DNA of 57,433 nt, filler included, from Planctomycetota bacterium (GCA_026991575.1; 6 parts of 6 records of this genome joined end to end with filler, not necessarily neighbours in it); one strand, 5' to 3'. Shown: positions 40,224 to 50,208, counted from the first letter of the whole stretch. Program-made: numbers and translations. Notes: a model not told the origin generated them from the sequence alone.

Positions 40224-41441
40224 ATGGCTTGGAAGTTCGCGATCGTAATCCCTGACGGTGCAGCGGACGAACCGCAGGAGGCACTTGGTGGACAGACACC
40301 ACTGGCAGCTGCCTCCCTGCCCAACATCCAGCGCGCCGCTCAGCAAGGAATCGTCGGCGAAGCGTTCAACGTACCGGAGCCTTTTGTCCCGGGCAGTGAC
40401 GTCGCCACGCTGTCACTGCTGGGCTATGACCCGGCCCAGTACTACACTGGCCGGGCTCCGCTGGAGGCTGCTGCCCAGGGAATCAAGCTCGGCCCACACG
40501 ACTGGGCGGTCCGATGTAACCTCGTAACGATCCTCGACGGGCGAATGGTCGACTTTTCCGCCGGGCACATCACGAACGAGGAAGCTCGAACGTTGATCGA
40601 GTTCCTGCAACAGGAGATCGGATCGGACACGGTCGAGTTCAGGCCGGGGGTCAGCTACCGCAATCTGTTACTGCTCCGCGGCTCCCCGGGCGCCCCCGTA
40701 CCCTTAAGCGAACGAACCGAGACAACGCCCCCCCACGAGATCCCCGACCAGCCCGTCGAGAGTCACTGGCCCCGCGGCGACGGAGCCGAGCTTCTGAAGA
40801 ACCTGATGGACCGTAGCGCCGAGCTGCTCGCGACACACCCGATTAACGAGCGGCGGCGCCGCGAAGGAAAGCACCCCGCAACGCAGGTGTGGCTATGGGG
40901 CCAGGGGCGTGCTCCTGCATTGCCGTCGTTTGTCGAGCTGCACGGTGTCCGCGGCGCGATGATCACGGCCGTCGACCTGCTTCGTGGCATTGCCGCATTG
41001 ATCGGTTGGGATCGTCTGGAAGTGGAAGGGGCAACGGGCTACCTGGACACGAACTACGCAGGCAAAGGACAAGCGGCCGTGGACGCGCTTCGCGACTACG
41101 ACCTTGTGTGCGTGCACATTGAGGCACCAGACGAGGCCAGTCACGAAGGGTTGGTCACAGAGAAGGTGCGCGCCCTGGAACAGATCGATCGATGGATCGT
41201 CGGCCCACTCCTTGAAGCGCTTGCGGACTACGAGCAATGGCGGCTGCTCGTTTCCCCTGACCACCCAACGCCGCTGCGCACTCGGCGGCACGACCGCGGT
41301 TACGTGCCGTGGCTGATCACCGGCACCGGTGTACCCTGTGGCGGCCAGTCTTACCACGAGGAGACGGCCCGCCGCTCCGGCCGCCGCTTCCCTCGAGGAC
41401 ATGAGCTGATGGGATTCTTCCTGAGCCCCTCGATCCGGTAG
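40224..41441 (+). CDS. apgM: Cofactor-independent phosphoglycerate mutase family (ApgM-like; proposed homoserine kinase)
   Basis: IPDGAAD, PGSDVATLSLLGYDP, GRAPLEAA, GVSYRNL, HIEAPDEASH and PDHPTP. Confidence 0.88.
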   Translation: MAWKFAIVIPDGAADEPQEALGGQTPLAAASLPNIQRAAQQGIVGEAFNVPEPFVPGSDVATLSLLGYDPAQYYTGRAPLEAAAQGIKLGPHDWAVRCNLVTILDGRMVDFSAGHITNEEARTLIEFLQQEIGSDTVEFRPGVSYRNLLLLRGSPGAPVPLSERTETTPPHEIPDQPVESHWPRGDGAELLKNLMDRSAELLATHPINERRRREGKHPATQVWLWGQGRAPALPSFVELHGVRGAMITAVDLLRGIAALIGWDRLEVEGATGYLDTNYAGKGQAAVDALRDYDLVCVHIEAPDEASHEGLVTEKVRALEQIDRWIVGPLLEALADYEQWRLLVSPDHPTPLRTRRHDRGYVPWLITGTGVPCGGQSYHEETARRSGRRFPRGHELMGFFLSPSIR

Positions 41442-41599
41442 CGTGACCGGGGTAACACGCTCTCGGGCCACGACGCGTCCGCCGGCCCATAACGACCTGG
41501 GTCCAAGTCTGACGCCCGGGGGGGAACCGCGCCCGAAGGTAGCTGCGTTCTTGATGCAGAGAGTCGACTGCTGTCGATGCGGCTCTGTGGGGCAAACAC

Positions 41600-41943
41600 A
41601 AACCATCTTCCGCGACAGGCCAATGTCCCGGACGGCCGCCCGCCAGTGCCAGCACCTGGATCCGAGCTATCTCCGGGTCTGCTCTTTCGGGTACGCCGTC
41701 GTAGCGGACCGCTTCGTGTCCCTCGAACCGGACCGCATGGCTGGAGAAGGAAAGTCCCGCGGCTCCTTGCAGGAGGGTTTCGATCGGTGTTTCCGGGGGC
41801 AGGTCCAGCTTGCCTGCGCAGAGTGCCTGGCAGGGGATGCCGGCTTCGCTGAGCGTACGCCAGAGGGCGAGGGTGGCGACCGCGGCGCCGCTTCCGGGGT
41901 CAATCAGAATCAGGCAGTGCGGGGAAAAGAACATCACACGCAT
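41600..41943 (-). pseudogene. Truncated N-terminus of a GT4-type glycosyltransferase
   Basis: MRVMFFSPHCLILIDPGSGAAVATLALWRTLSEAGIPCQALCAGKLD resembles GT4 N-termini; similarity is lost after about 110 aa and no C-terminal domain follows. Confidence 0.5.
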
Positions 41944-42008
41944 CAGCTGGCACACTGCTTGTTAGCCATCGGGTTATATCGGAAGTTCCGAGAATTCCGA
42001 AAAAAGGG

Positions 42009-42037
42009 TTGACACGGCCTGTGCGGGTTGGTAACTT
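42009..42037 (+). promoter_or_regulatory. Sigma70-type promoter
   Basis: Perfect TTGACA (42009-42014), 17-bp spacer ending TGn (extended -10), TAACTT; A-tract upstream. Confidence 0.55.
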
Positions 42038-42299
42038 GTTGTGGTGATGGGCTCTTGGTCAGGGAGCACCACATCGACGCACAACGCTGAGGCCTGAGGA
42101 GCCCTGCCGCAATTGGGTACCTGTTGGAACCGTCGCCGGGACATTCGCAGGTCACGGCCATGGTCAGCTCAGTGTTTGCAGCGGCAGGTCGTGTGTTGAA
42201 ATCGAGGCACAGGGAGGGTAGCAGTGTTCGTGCCCGTTGGCCCAGAGGTGCCCGGGGGGGCCCGGAGATGCTGGAACGAAGGGTGCCGGTCAGTGAAGG

Positions 42300-43052
42300 C
42301 CCTTTCCCGCTGCACGCCACACGGCCTTTGTTTGTGACGGAATACCTCGCGAACGTGTCAGCGGGTTCGACTACCGCGCGGCCCGCCTGTTCCCCGTGCA
42401 CTTTTACCGCCTTTTGCTGCAGGCTGCCCATGTGCGTTGGCAGACGGGATCCCAGTTGGAAACGATCCGTGCGAGGCCCGCACTGCGTGTGACCGCGACG
42501 TTGCTCGACCGTGGGCGTCCAACATGGGCGTTCGACATGTGGTTCTCCGCGCCGACGCCCTGGGTGCTTCTGCGATGCGACGATTACCTGCGTGGCCGCC
42601 TGGTTTCCCGTAGCGTCACGGTCCGGACGGCCTATCTTAACGGCGACCATGGTCCCGAGGTCGCTGTCGCAGTTCGAACCACAATTCACAGGTGGAGGGA
42701 CCGTAAGGGCGGCACGGTCTATTCTCGGTCGCCGTTGGTAACGGAAGAGGTGACCATGACGAGACGCCTCTTGGCTGTTGGCCGGGAACTCGCGGATGCT
42801 GAGCTATGGCCGGAGCCCCCTGCTGGGTTGCCGACAATACATACGGCTTTCGGGAACACAAGACCAGACATTCCCGATTGGTTGGCTAAGGAGTTGATCC
42901 ACGATGGGGATACCGGGCCAAGGACGCTGCCCTGGCGAGTTGCCGGGTTTGTCCTCGTGTTAGGTGCTATTGGTGCTCTTGTTGCAGTGGCCATTCGTCA
43001 GTGCGTCCGTCGGAGGAGTACTCATGCTGCGGTGGGCAGATCTAGCGATTAG
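42300..43052 (+). pseudogene. 5'-decayed exported beta-rich protein with C-terminal TM anchor (same architecture as 24103-25329)
   Basis: Frame open from about 42297 (after TGA), no signal peptide; ends WRVAGFVLVLGAIGALVAVAIRQCVRRR. Confidence 0.55.
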
Positions 43053-43413
43053 TGCCGTGGTGGCATCATGTGTTGCAGTTGGTCCGATGGCCTGGCACGG
43101 ATTTGAGCAAGAGGTTTGCGGCTATCCTGACAGCGCGACGATCGTGGGCAGTATCTTCTATGACGCGGCGCATTGCGGCACCTGCGACGACCGTAATCAG
43201 ACGACGCAATGTACGGGCACGAACCGGATCTACACGACGTGTAGCATCCCGCAGATCTGCTACACGACGGTGTTTAGCCTTGGTGGCGGCTGGGTCAACG
43301 CCGGGCAGGTTCCGTGCGGTCAGCTGATGGCCGGTGTCTGCAACGGGCTGGCCTGCCAACCACGCAGCCAGTCCGGGCCGTGTCATCCTGTTTCCACGGT
43401 TGCGCGCCAGTGA
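43024..43413 (+). CDS. Small secreted Cys-rich protein (129 aa, 11 Cys)
   Basis: GGAGGAG RBS before ATG 43024, hydrophobic N-terminus, DSATIVGS motif, Cys/Gly/Thr-rich remainder; overlaps the upstream stop. Confidence 0.7.
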   Translation: MLRWADLAISAVVASCVAVGPMAWHGFEQEVCGYPDSATIVGSIFYDAAHCGTCDDRNQTTQCTGTNRIYTTCSIPQICYTTVFSLGGGWVNAGQVPCGQLMAGVCNGLACQPRSQSGPCHPVSTVARQ

Positions 43414-43428
43414 GACGAAAGGCAAGCC

Positions 43429-43882
43429 ATGGGGACTGTGTCCGCCGGGTCGCCAGGTCCGCCAGTGACGGTGGGGAGAAGGTCGGGACCAGAACCGGCG
43501 CCTGGCTCATGGCACACCACAACGGTTTGTGCCAGGCCAAGCGTGCTAACCGGGCCCGGCGCAGCCGGGCGCGCGGACCGCAGGTCCGATTGTTCGTTTT
43601 CTGCCGCTGAGCGATCCTTACAACGATATCGCAATGAGCCGTGGGCCCGTCGGGGGATGACACTCGTGGAACTGCTGGTTGTCCTTGGGACGTTGCTGGT
43701 ACTAGCGGGAATGCTCCTGCCCGCGGTACAGCGAGCCAGGGAACAGGCAAGGCGTATGCGGTGTGCGAATCGACTGGGCCAGCTTGCCAAAGGCTTGGCC
43801 GCATATCATACCACATGGGGCTGCTTACCCGGAGTTGTGTACGATGGGACGGAGGGACAACGGCTTCCTGCGAGTGGGTACA
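43429..43882 (+). CDS. DUF1559 prepilin-type N-terminal cleavage/methylation protein (3' partial; start uncertain)
   Basis: RRG|MTLVELLVVLGTLLVLAGMLLPAVQRAREQARRMRCANRLGQLAKGLAAYHTTWGCLPG. Confidence 0.9.
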
Positions 43883-43982
43883 NNNNNNNNNNNNNNNNNN
43901 NNNNNNNNNNNNNNNNNNNNNNNNNNTTAATTAATTAANNNNNNNNNNNNNNNNNNNNNNNNNNNNNNNNNNNNNNNNNNNN
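43883..43982. other. Artificial contig linker
   Basis: N44-TTAATTAATTAA-N44. Confidence 0.98.
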
Positions 43983-44672
43983 CCGGCGCACCTGTGGCGC
44001 AAGGTGACCCCCGTGGCGGCTGTTCTTGTGCTCGTGCTCGGTGCAGGGGCCCGTTTCCCGGCGGCGAAAGATTCTCTCCAGAAGGTGGAAAAGTTCTGGC
44101 GGGTCGGTGGTGGCGGTGCGGTCGGCCGGTACCAGGAGACGTGCGGCGGCTGGCACGACGTGAGCCTGGGCGCCGTGAAAGTCGAGCGCGTGTACCGCGA
44201 ACCAAACGGAATCGAGAGCTGGGCTGGCGTGCAGATCTACGGAGGAATGGATGAGGGACAGTCCGAGCAACTGCCCCTCTTTGTGATCAATCCCTACGTG
44301 GGTATGGATCACCGCTGGATTGGCCTGTCCGGAGGTGTGCATTTCGGCAGGGTGGTGGTCGATGGAGAGCGAAGACGCGGTCTTGGTGCGCTCGGACTGC
44401 GGCTTGGCCCGCGCGACGTGTTGTTTGCACACGTCGGTGTCGGAGACGCATTTCCCGGAGGAGCCCCGATTCCGGGAGTTCGCCTGGGGCTCGGCTTCGG
44501 ACTGGGGCCGTACGGGCAGTTTCGTTTTGGCCTGAGCTGGACGGGCTGGTACCTGGAACCGCGTTTCTACCTCCCTTCCGGTGTGAGAGTTGTGGCTCGT
44601 GCGGGTGGTGGCGAGGGACAGTACGAATTTGGCTTCGGGTTTGCGTTGCCGGTTGGGAGGAAGAGCCCGTGA
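43983..44672 (+). CDS. Putative outer-membrane beta-barrel protein (possibly 5' partial)
   Basis: Hydrophobic N-terminal segment, alternating Gly/aromatic strands, ending YEFGFGFAL; GTGA overlap with the next gene. Confidence 0.55.
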   Translation, partial: PAHLWRKVTPVAAVLVLVLGAGARFPAAKDSLQKVEKFWRVGGGGAVGRYQETCGGWHDVSLGAVKVERVYREPNGIESWAGVQIYGGMDEGQSEQLPLFVINPYVGMDHRWIGLSGGVHFGRVVVDGERRRGLGALGLRLGPRDVLFAHVGVGDAFPGGAPIPGVRLGLGFGLGPYGQFRFGLSWTGWYLEPRFYLPSGVRVVARAGGGEGQYEFGFGFALPVGRKSP

Positions 44673-45767
44673 ACGTGCGAGAGACAGTGGCGCACGTCTT
44701 CGTGCTCCTTGCGGTACCCGTGATCCTTGCGGCTCAGGAAGGCGACTTCCGCATTCTGCGTCCCGTGCCGGACCGGTTCCCTTTGAACGGTGCTTACCTG
44801 TACGCGGAGACCAACTTCGGTTACCCTCACGGTGGCGTGGACATCCTGGTGAACACCGGCGACTCAGTGTACTCGGTGTGCGACGGGGTCGTGGACGGCA
44901 AGGGGTATGAGCCACAGGGGTTTGGTAAGTACGTGCGCCTACGGTGGCGCTGGAACGGCCACTGGGTCTGGTTCTACTACGCGCACCTTTCACGGCACGA
45001 TTTCCTCAACGTCGGCGACAGCGTAAGGGTTGGGCAGCTCGTAGGCCTGGCCGGGAGTACCGGCAACAGCACGGGACCGCACCTCCATTTCGAGATCCGC
45101 CAGAACACGCCGGATCCGGGGCGGCACCGGAATCGTCGCAACCCGGAGCTGTGGTTTGCCATGCGCGGGATGGGCGCGATCTACGGACGTGTGTCGGATG
45201 ACCCCGGCGGCACGCGTTTGGACGTGACGCCGGATCCGAAGCCGCGTCCGCCCTACGTGAATTACGGATGGACTCTGACGTACACGTTTGACGGCAGGAT
45301 CGGCAGCGACGACGTCTACGGCGAGAACTGGGCCGTGGGGGACGTGGTCCCGGGCAGGTACGTGATCACTTCGCAGGACGGGCGCTACCGTCGGGTCGTC
45401 ACGGTGCACGCTGGCGAAGTGGTGAACGCGGATCTGGCTGCGGGAGTGACGCAGTCCGGCGCAGAGCCAAAACCGACCCGTTACGGGCTTGTGCGGGCCT
45501 GGCCCAATCCGTTCCACGGGTGGCTTCACGTACGGTGTTTGCTCAGCACCGGCGAACCGGTGGAGGTAGAAATCCTGGACCTGCTCGGGCGCAGTCTGTA
45601 CTANNNNNNNNNNGTACTACGAGACCCTGCCGGGCGGACTGGCGGGGCTGGGGGAGTGGATCTGGGATGGGCGCGACCAGCATGGGGTTCAGGTGCCCCG
45701 GGGTCGCTACGTGGTTCGGGTCAGAACGCCCTCGACCGCTGTGACGGCGAAGGTGGTGCGCTGGTAG
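44669..45767 (+). CDS. M23 metallopeptidase with C-terminal T9SS/FlgD-Ig-type domain (spans the internal 10-N gap)
   Basis: HGGVD (HxxxD), YAHLS, GSTGNSTGPHLHFE; AWPNPF...EILDLLGR; after the gap WDGRDQHGVQVPRGRYVVRV to TAG at 45765-45767. Confidence 0.85.
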
Positions 45768-45855
45768 GGTACTTGCGTTGACTTCGTCTGGGGCGGTGTC
45801 GCGCGGTGCGCCTGCCGCGACGGACTGACGCGGGCGAATTTGCTGTTCTCGAGGA

Positions 45856-46377
45856 GTGGCAGTGGCAGCCGTCTGGACGTGGACAACCACGTTGCTGAAA
45901 ATCACGGATCGGTCGGCGCTGCAGGCCGCGCTGGTCGAACTGGGGCCCTGGGCCATCGTGGTGCTCGGGCTCAGCGCCGGTGTGTACCAGCCCCTGGGAC
46001 CGGACGTGTTCGTGATTTCGTCGTCGCTAATCGGTATCCCGTCCGGTCAGGCGGCAGTTCTCGCGGCTCTTGCGACTGCGGGTGGAGCCTCTTTTGGGTA
46101 CGCGCTTGGCGCAGGGCTTCTGGGTCCTGTCCTGGGCAGCCTGTTGCGCCGGAGGGCGGCCGCTGTGGCGAAAGTGCGGACCTGGCTCGCAAGGCGCGGC
46201 CTCTGGGTGGTTGCTCTGGCAGGCTTCAGCCCTGTCCCCCTCACTCAGGTTAGCTGGGCCGCCGGGGGTCTTCGAATGCCTTTCTCCCGCTTTGTGGCCG
46301 GTCTCTTTCTCGGACTGGTCCCGCGTTTTTTCCTGGAAGCCGTCTTCGCCGGGGTTCTGCGCCGCTGGCTCGGCTGA
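45856..46377 (+). CDS. DedA/VTT (YqaA-like) membrane protein
   Basis: PLGPDVF, ATAGGASFGYALG, GFSPVP..VSWAAGGLRMPFSRF..GLVPRFF. Confidence 0.8.
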   Translation: MAVAAVWTWTTTLLKITDRSALQAALVELGPWAIVVLGLSAGVYQPLGPDVFVISSSLIGIPSGQAAVLAALATAGGASFGYALGAGLLGPVLGSLLRRRAAAVAKVRTWLARRGLWVVALAGFSPVPLTQVSWAAGGLRMPFSRFVAGLFLGLVPRFFLEAVFAGVLRRWLG

Positions 46378-46453
46378 GCCGGCCCTGCCTTTGTCACCTT
46401 CAGATCCGCCTTTCCAGAAGAACGGCCGGGTCCGTCCGGCGAACCAGGGGGGT

Positions 46454-46605
46454 CTCACCGCGAGGACGCGAAGTAAGGCGAAAGCCGAACCAAGATTCTG
46501 GAGGCTGCCCAAGAGTCGCGTAATTGTGGAACGATTCGGCTCTGGTTGAGACCGCAAAACGAGCCGAAACCACTGAGGCGCAGAGCCCACAGAGACCGCA
46601 CAGAG
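46454..46605 (+). repeat. CACAGAG / CGCGAAG short-period interspersed repeat units
   Basis: ctcaccgcgaggacgcgaagtaaggcgaaag (46454) and accactgaggcgcagagcccacagagaccgcacagag (46569). Confidence 0.5.
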
Positions 46606-47039
46606 GGCAAAACACCACTCCTTCTCGCGTACACGGTGCTTGTACGGCATTGTTTTGGCAAAACTTACTTGGTTGTAGGAAGCTGGGCCTCAGTTTGCGG
46701 GGATAACACACAATCCGACGGGGCGGTGCTTTTTCGGTTTTCTCTGTAGTTTTAGAGGACGTTTTTCGCAGGATTCCCAACACCTCTTCGCCGAGTCGCT
46801 TCTATTTAGCAGTCCTGCCACCCGCTCTCTCGAGACGGCTCTGCAGTTTCTGAATCCCAAAACTTGCAAAAACGCGGACGCTCGTACAACCCGGAGGGAC
46901 ACGCGGCGAGCAGTCCTCCCTTAAAGGAAAAATCCCGTTTGACGATGATTGAAGCGCAGGGGGAGGGGTGTTGTCAATGGAAAAGTGTGATCTCCTGCGG
47001 TAGCCGCGGGAACGAAATCCGGCCTTGCTTCGGGACAGC

Positions 47040-47135
47040 ATGAGCGAAAAAACGAAAGAAGAAAAGAACCCGGTGACTCTGGGCGACGACGGCGTATTGC
47101 ACCTCTCCGGTACGTGGACTGTAGAGCATGCCGCG
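47040..47135 (+). CDS. STAS-like domain / MlaE-type N-terminus (3' partial)
   Basis: MSEKTKEEKNPVTLGDDGVLHLSGTWTVEHAA; L.LSG.WT is typical of STAS-like starts. Confidence 0.5.
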
Positions 47136-47235
47136 NNNNNNNNNNNNNNNNNNNNNNNNNNNNNNNNNNNNNNNNNNNNTTAATTAATTAANNNNNNNNN
47201 NNNNNNNNNNNNNNNNNNNNNNNNNNNNNNNNNNN
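47136..47235. other. Artificial contig linker
   Basis: N44-TTAATTAATTAA-N44. Confidence 0.98.
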
Positions 47236-48399
47236 GGAAAAGCAGCGCTCCCGCGGCCAGGACCAGGTAAGGGCCTTGCGGCGGCGGTGGCATCGCGGGC
47301 GGAGGTCCAAACCGAGCAGCCAGACTCGGCAGGTCCGACGGCGCCAGCCGAAGACCGTCCAACCGAAGCAGCGGCCGGACTCCGAACCGCACCCTGACCT
47401 CGCCATCCAGCGTCACGGTAACCTCCTCCGGTGACGGCCGGTAGCCCCATTGGAACTCCACCACTTCTACCAACGTCGCGCGCGGCCCATGCCTCGGTTT
47501 CGGGCCCTTGACCACGATCCCGTCCACGGTGCCGCATAGAAACGGCATCCACCGTCCAGGGGCCACCTCTCGCAAGTCCAGAACATGCGAAACCGACCGT
47601 AAATGCCTGCCCTCCCGCCCCCACTCATAGACATTCTCCAGCGGGGTGCATCCAGCAGCCGGCGCCACCCAAAACACATCCTTCGTGAACGCCCCCTCTG
47701 GCTCAGGCAAGCGTTGGAAGTTGCTAAAGCCAACACAACCGAAACCTCGAATGCGACGAGTCCCTTCCAAACGGAACTCCTCGGGATGAGTATCGATCCG
47801 ATAGACCAGCCTTGTGATGAATGGATTGCTCTCCTCCATCCAGCCCATGTTTCCCAGCCCGGTTGGAGGAAGAATCGGTCGCACGCCGATTACGGCGTCA
47901 ACCGGATACGGTGGATGTTGTGGGTCGTGCAGATAGATGTACTTTTGTCTTGTATCGATCGTGGCCACATAGCCATCCCATCCCATGCGAATGTGATTCC
48001 CGGGACCCCCAGCTCTTTCGCCCAGCTTTTCTCCCTCCTGCTCTTCTGCTTGCTTGGCGGGCCGCCTCCGCGCTGCGGCACGCGTTTCCGCATACCCCCC
48101 TTCCGGTTGCATTATCCAGAGGCACTCATACCGTAGCTGCCAACGCTCCCGCGCCGGCGGTTCGGCCTGCTCCACCCAACGCTTGACCTCTTCTTCTGTC
48201 AATCCGTGGACCTCTCGTAGACCCGATAGACGCAGCGGAAGTTGTCCAGACTCTTGCGGTGCTCCACATAGCCGTGAATCAGAGCCCGTATCTTGTCCGC
48301 CTCACTGCCCTCACCGTTGGTGGCTAGCGCTGGGCCGGACGTTACGGCGAGGGCCCACATCGACAGTGCGATCGCGACGGTGAGCAGATTCCGCATCAC
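47236..48399 (-). pseudogene. Frameshifted paralogue of the 24103-25329 anchored protein (3' partial)
   Basis: The signal-peptide ORF 48199-48399 and the ORF ending at the contig edge join into one frame if an AG duplication at 48212-48216 is removed. Confidence 0.7.
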
Positions 48400-49452
48400 A
48401 GAGCTCCCGGTCCTCTAGCTTCCGCTCTCGACCGACACTCCACGCCTCCTACCTCTTCCTAGGTTCCTGGCGTTCGGCTAAACATGCATTGGAATCGCTC
48501 CAGAAGTCGTAGAGTCCACGCCTTGTCTGTATTCCTAAGCTCGATTCGGCGCACGATCGTCCGGCGACCTACGCACAGGAACTCGCGCCCGTCCGAGAAC
48601 CGGACATCAGCCACTCGTTCGCCCTCTGCTTCCCGGATCGGGCCCGAACGACTGCCCCAACTCCCTCCCGAGACCAGCAATCTGCTCGAAGGTCATTGGT
48701 GACGATCCTCCTCTTTCCAGGCACTCCCCCCTGGAAGCACACCCCAAAGGATCGCCTCTTCCCCTCGCGGATCAAACCGAACCCTCGCCACCCTCGCCAC
48801 ATCGGTCGCAACAACGTTGCGCACAGAATACTGCCAAAACTATCGATGTTCAACTGGCTACGTCCGGCCCCAATCGGCTGTTGGTCTGTGCGGCAAATGG
48901 GTTATCTTCGCGGACGACCGTTTTGCGGCGCGATCACCCGTAGTCATTCGTCGATCACGCGGGTTACGCGTGTCACAAACCACGTCACGAGTGCCGGAAG
49001 GGTGACGATCGCCAGACACCCCAGGACGGCGCTGATGGTGTCGTCTTGGTTGAAGGTGAAGTTGAAGTGCAGTGTTTGATCTCCCTTCATCTCGCAGGGC
49101 GATTCTTTTCCATTTGTGTTACCGGTGCCGAGGCTGATTTCTGAGAAGGTGTGTACCACGTCTTGCCCATACCAGGCGCGCCCGAGGGCTGGGTGCGGCG
49201 TTCGAGCGAGTCCGGGCGGCTCGTCCTGGCACGTCCGTAGAGAAACGCATCTATCCGATTGGCCCGGCGGACCGCGTCGGCTGAGGCCGTGCCCACCCCA
49301 TACAACCGGTTCGGCTGACGCAGCCCCCGTGAGCGAAAATGCCGTAACCTTGAAAAGAGCGCCACAGAGCGCCGCTATCGACCGGGCAGAGCTAACTTGG
49401 AACCAGACGGCTCGGCCCAGGCCTCGAGCAGGCTCGCTGCTCCCCCGATAAC

Positions 49453-50208
49453 ATGCAGAGCGTGCCTAGAGACATGGCCCCTGGACTGGATGCACATGAG
49501 ATCGTCGCGACCGTGGACCGGCTAACAAGGCGGATCCGCGAGCGTTTTCCTGACGCCCACCTGGTCACTGTCAGCGAGCAGTTGGCCGAAACTGTCCGTG
49601 AGGCCAAGCGGAGGATCGACACGCTGGCCAGGCCGTTCTGGGCGGTCCGCCTCGTATCCGGCGTGCTCATCCTAGCAGTGGTCGTGATCGTTGCCACCGC
49701 CTTGACGCTCGTACCACTGTCGACCGGACCGCTCGGTCTGGCCGACCTCATCCAAACACTCGAAGCAGCCGTCAACGACGTGATCTTCCTCGGAGTGGCC
49801 GTTTTCTTCCTCTTCACCATTGAGAGGCGAATGAAGAGGCGCCGGGCGCTGGCTGCCGTCCATGAGCTTCGCAGTCTGGCACACCTGGTTGACCTGCACC
49901 AGCTAACCAAGGACCCGGAGCGAACACTAGGGCTGGGACAACGGACACCGTCATCGCCTCGGTCCGAATTGACGCCATTCGAACTCGGTCGTTACCTGGA
50001 CTACTGCTCGGAGATGCTGTCCCTGATTGGGGTCACCGCGGCGCTCTACGTCGAGAAGAGCGACGATCCGGTCGTCCTTTCGGCGGCGAGCGAGGTGCAA
50101 AGTGTCGCTGCGAGCCTGAGCCAGAAGATCTGGCAGAAGATCCTCGTTCTCCGCTCGCTCCAGGACTGGCACAGCAACTCAGAGCCCACCCCCGCCAGGC
50201 AACCATGA
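49453..50208 (+). CDS. Conserved hypothetical membrane protein (2 TM)
   Basis: RIRERFPDAHL, ELRSLAHLVDLHQLTKDP, RYLDYCSEMLSL and LSQKIWQKI look like conserved blocks; host-like codon usage. Confidence 0.8.
   Translation: MQSVPRDMAPGLDAHEIVATVDRLTRRIRERFPDAHLVTVSEQLAETVREAKRRIDTLARPFWAVRLVSGVLILAVVVIVATALTLVPLSTGPLGLADLIQTLEAAVNDVIFLGVAVFFLFTIERRMKRRRALAAVHELRSLAHLVDLHQLTKDPERTLGLGQRTPSSPRSELTPFELGRYLDYCSEMLSLIGVTAALYVEKSDDPVVLSAASEVQSVAASLSQKIWQKILVLRSLQDWHSNSEPTPARQP

Noticed and set aside
43429..45767. Apparent operon joining the DUF1559 gene to the beta-barrel and M23 genes
   Set aside because: Different contigs, probably different organisms.
11023..47235. Five copies of TTAATTAATTAA inside N runs
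   Set aside because: Identical 100-bp linkers with six-frame stops; a concatenation artefact, not a biological repeat.
48199..48201. TGA as possible selenocysteine or readthrough
   Set aside because: The continuation is in a different frame; a 2-bp duplication explains it.
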